Part shown: piece by piece, positions 38,619-39,209 of the stretch
Layout: each line of letters opens with the position of its first letter
Numbering within the stretch: position 1 is the first letter of the stretch
Virus record (IMG/VR): IMGVR_UViG_3300025103_003469
Location: 1 to 39,209 of that record
DNA length: 39,209 bases
Source: a virus
Taxonomy: Duplodnaviria; Caudoviricetes
Direction: 5' to 3' (one strand)
Translations under genes and position numbers: made by a program
The notes under the pieces: generated by a model
What the model saw: the letters and a program-made list of their open reading frames with translations, nothing else
Databases searched by the model: none
What the model was told of the DNA's origin: nothing

Positions 38619-39209
38619 AGAGTTGTTCAAAAAATTCTATGGTATGAAACCATATCTTTCCATCGAAGAGAAAGAGTGGCAACATATAATAACGACTTAC
38701 GAGAAAGACGAGGTGGTGGATGAGTTGGCTAAATGCTTACATACATATCCATGTCCAATACCAGAGATTACAGAACAAGAGACATTGAAGAGTCTTAGAA
38801 AACTAAAAGGCGTTCAATGGAATGACTTACTGATTAACGATAGTTGGTTTCCACGAAACGAAAGGAAATCAAAATATCCATTAACCGATAAATATTTCAA
38901 GAGAGATAACTCTGGCAATAATGCTTCCAATGGATTTCATATTCATAATAGATGGAAAGTTGATTGGACAAGAACACCGAGTGGATGGAGAACATGGCAA
39001 ACCGTAGATGGTATCAAGACTATCGTTAGAGCCTTTTGGAGTTTAGAACAAGTATTAACTAAGGTAGATTTACAGAGTATCAGAATGGCAACTACATTAA
39101 GAAAGTATGTAGCATCACAATTTAAACCAAGTATAGCAAAGGCATTTTATGATTACTTTAACAGTGTTAATGTATTAGATTTTTCTGCAGGTTGGGGTGA
39201 TAGGTTGGC
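38608..39209 (+). CDS. 3'-truncated DNA methyltransferase-like protein, paralog of 37216..38442
   Basis: Hand-translated MTIKELFKKFYGMKPYLSIEEKEW...LRKYVASQFKPSIAKAFYD...DFSAGWGDRL; open to the window end; not in the ORF track. Confidence 0.85.
   Translation, partial: MTIKELFKKFYGMKPYLSIEEKEWQHIITTYEKDEVVDELAKCLHTYPCPIPEITEQETLKSLRKLKGVQWNDLLINDSWFPRNERKSKYPLTDKYFKRDNSGNNASNGFHIHNRWKVDWTRTPSGWRTWQTVDGIKTIVRAFWSLEQVLTKVDLQSIRMATTLRKYVASQFKPSIAKAFYDYFNSVNVLDFSAGWGDRL

Noticed and set aside
3629-38685. All minus-strand ORFs and nested alternative-frame plus ORFs in the track (e.g. 23933-24439, 17999-18406, 28997-29191, 32798-33166)
   Set aside because: They overlap well-supported plus-strand genes and show no recognisable motifs; treated as shadow ORFs.
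1-39209. Stop-codon reassignment, tRNAs, CRISPR array, reverse transcriptase or retron
   Set aside because: Genes tile densely under the standard code with TAA, TGA and occasional TAG stops; no cloverleaf, repeat-spacer array or RT motif was seen by eye.

Overview
AT-rich (roughly 30% GC by eye), densely packed, entirely plus-strand segment that reads as part of a large tailed-phage genome; no structural genes, tRNA, rRNA or CRISPR array are visible. It has three blocks. (1) 1-19028: about 24 mostly overlapping sugar-modification genes (many glycosyltransferase-like proteins, gmd, two short UDP-glucose dehydrogenases, SDR epimerases, O- and C-methyltransferases, HAD/ATP-grasp/PIG-L deacetylase). 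(2) 19054-31838: small phage ORFs and host-metabolism genes (peptide deformylase with an unusual tail, MazG-like, IMPDH/GMPR-family enzyme, beta-barrel, lipoprotein, Hsp20, SNase, GIY-YIG endonuclease, ThyX, APRT, MTA/SAH nucleosidase). (3) 31831-39209: four DNA amino-methyltransferase-like genes surrounding a self-contained DUF262/HNH-like 641-aa gene and an HD protein. The best candidate for an undescribed system is block 3 plus the adjacent SAH-nucleosidase/APRT pair. All family calls come from motif recognition by eye, with no database searches.
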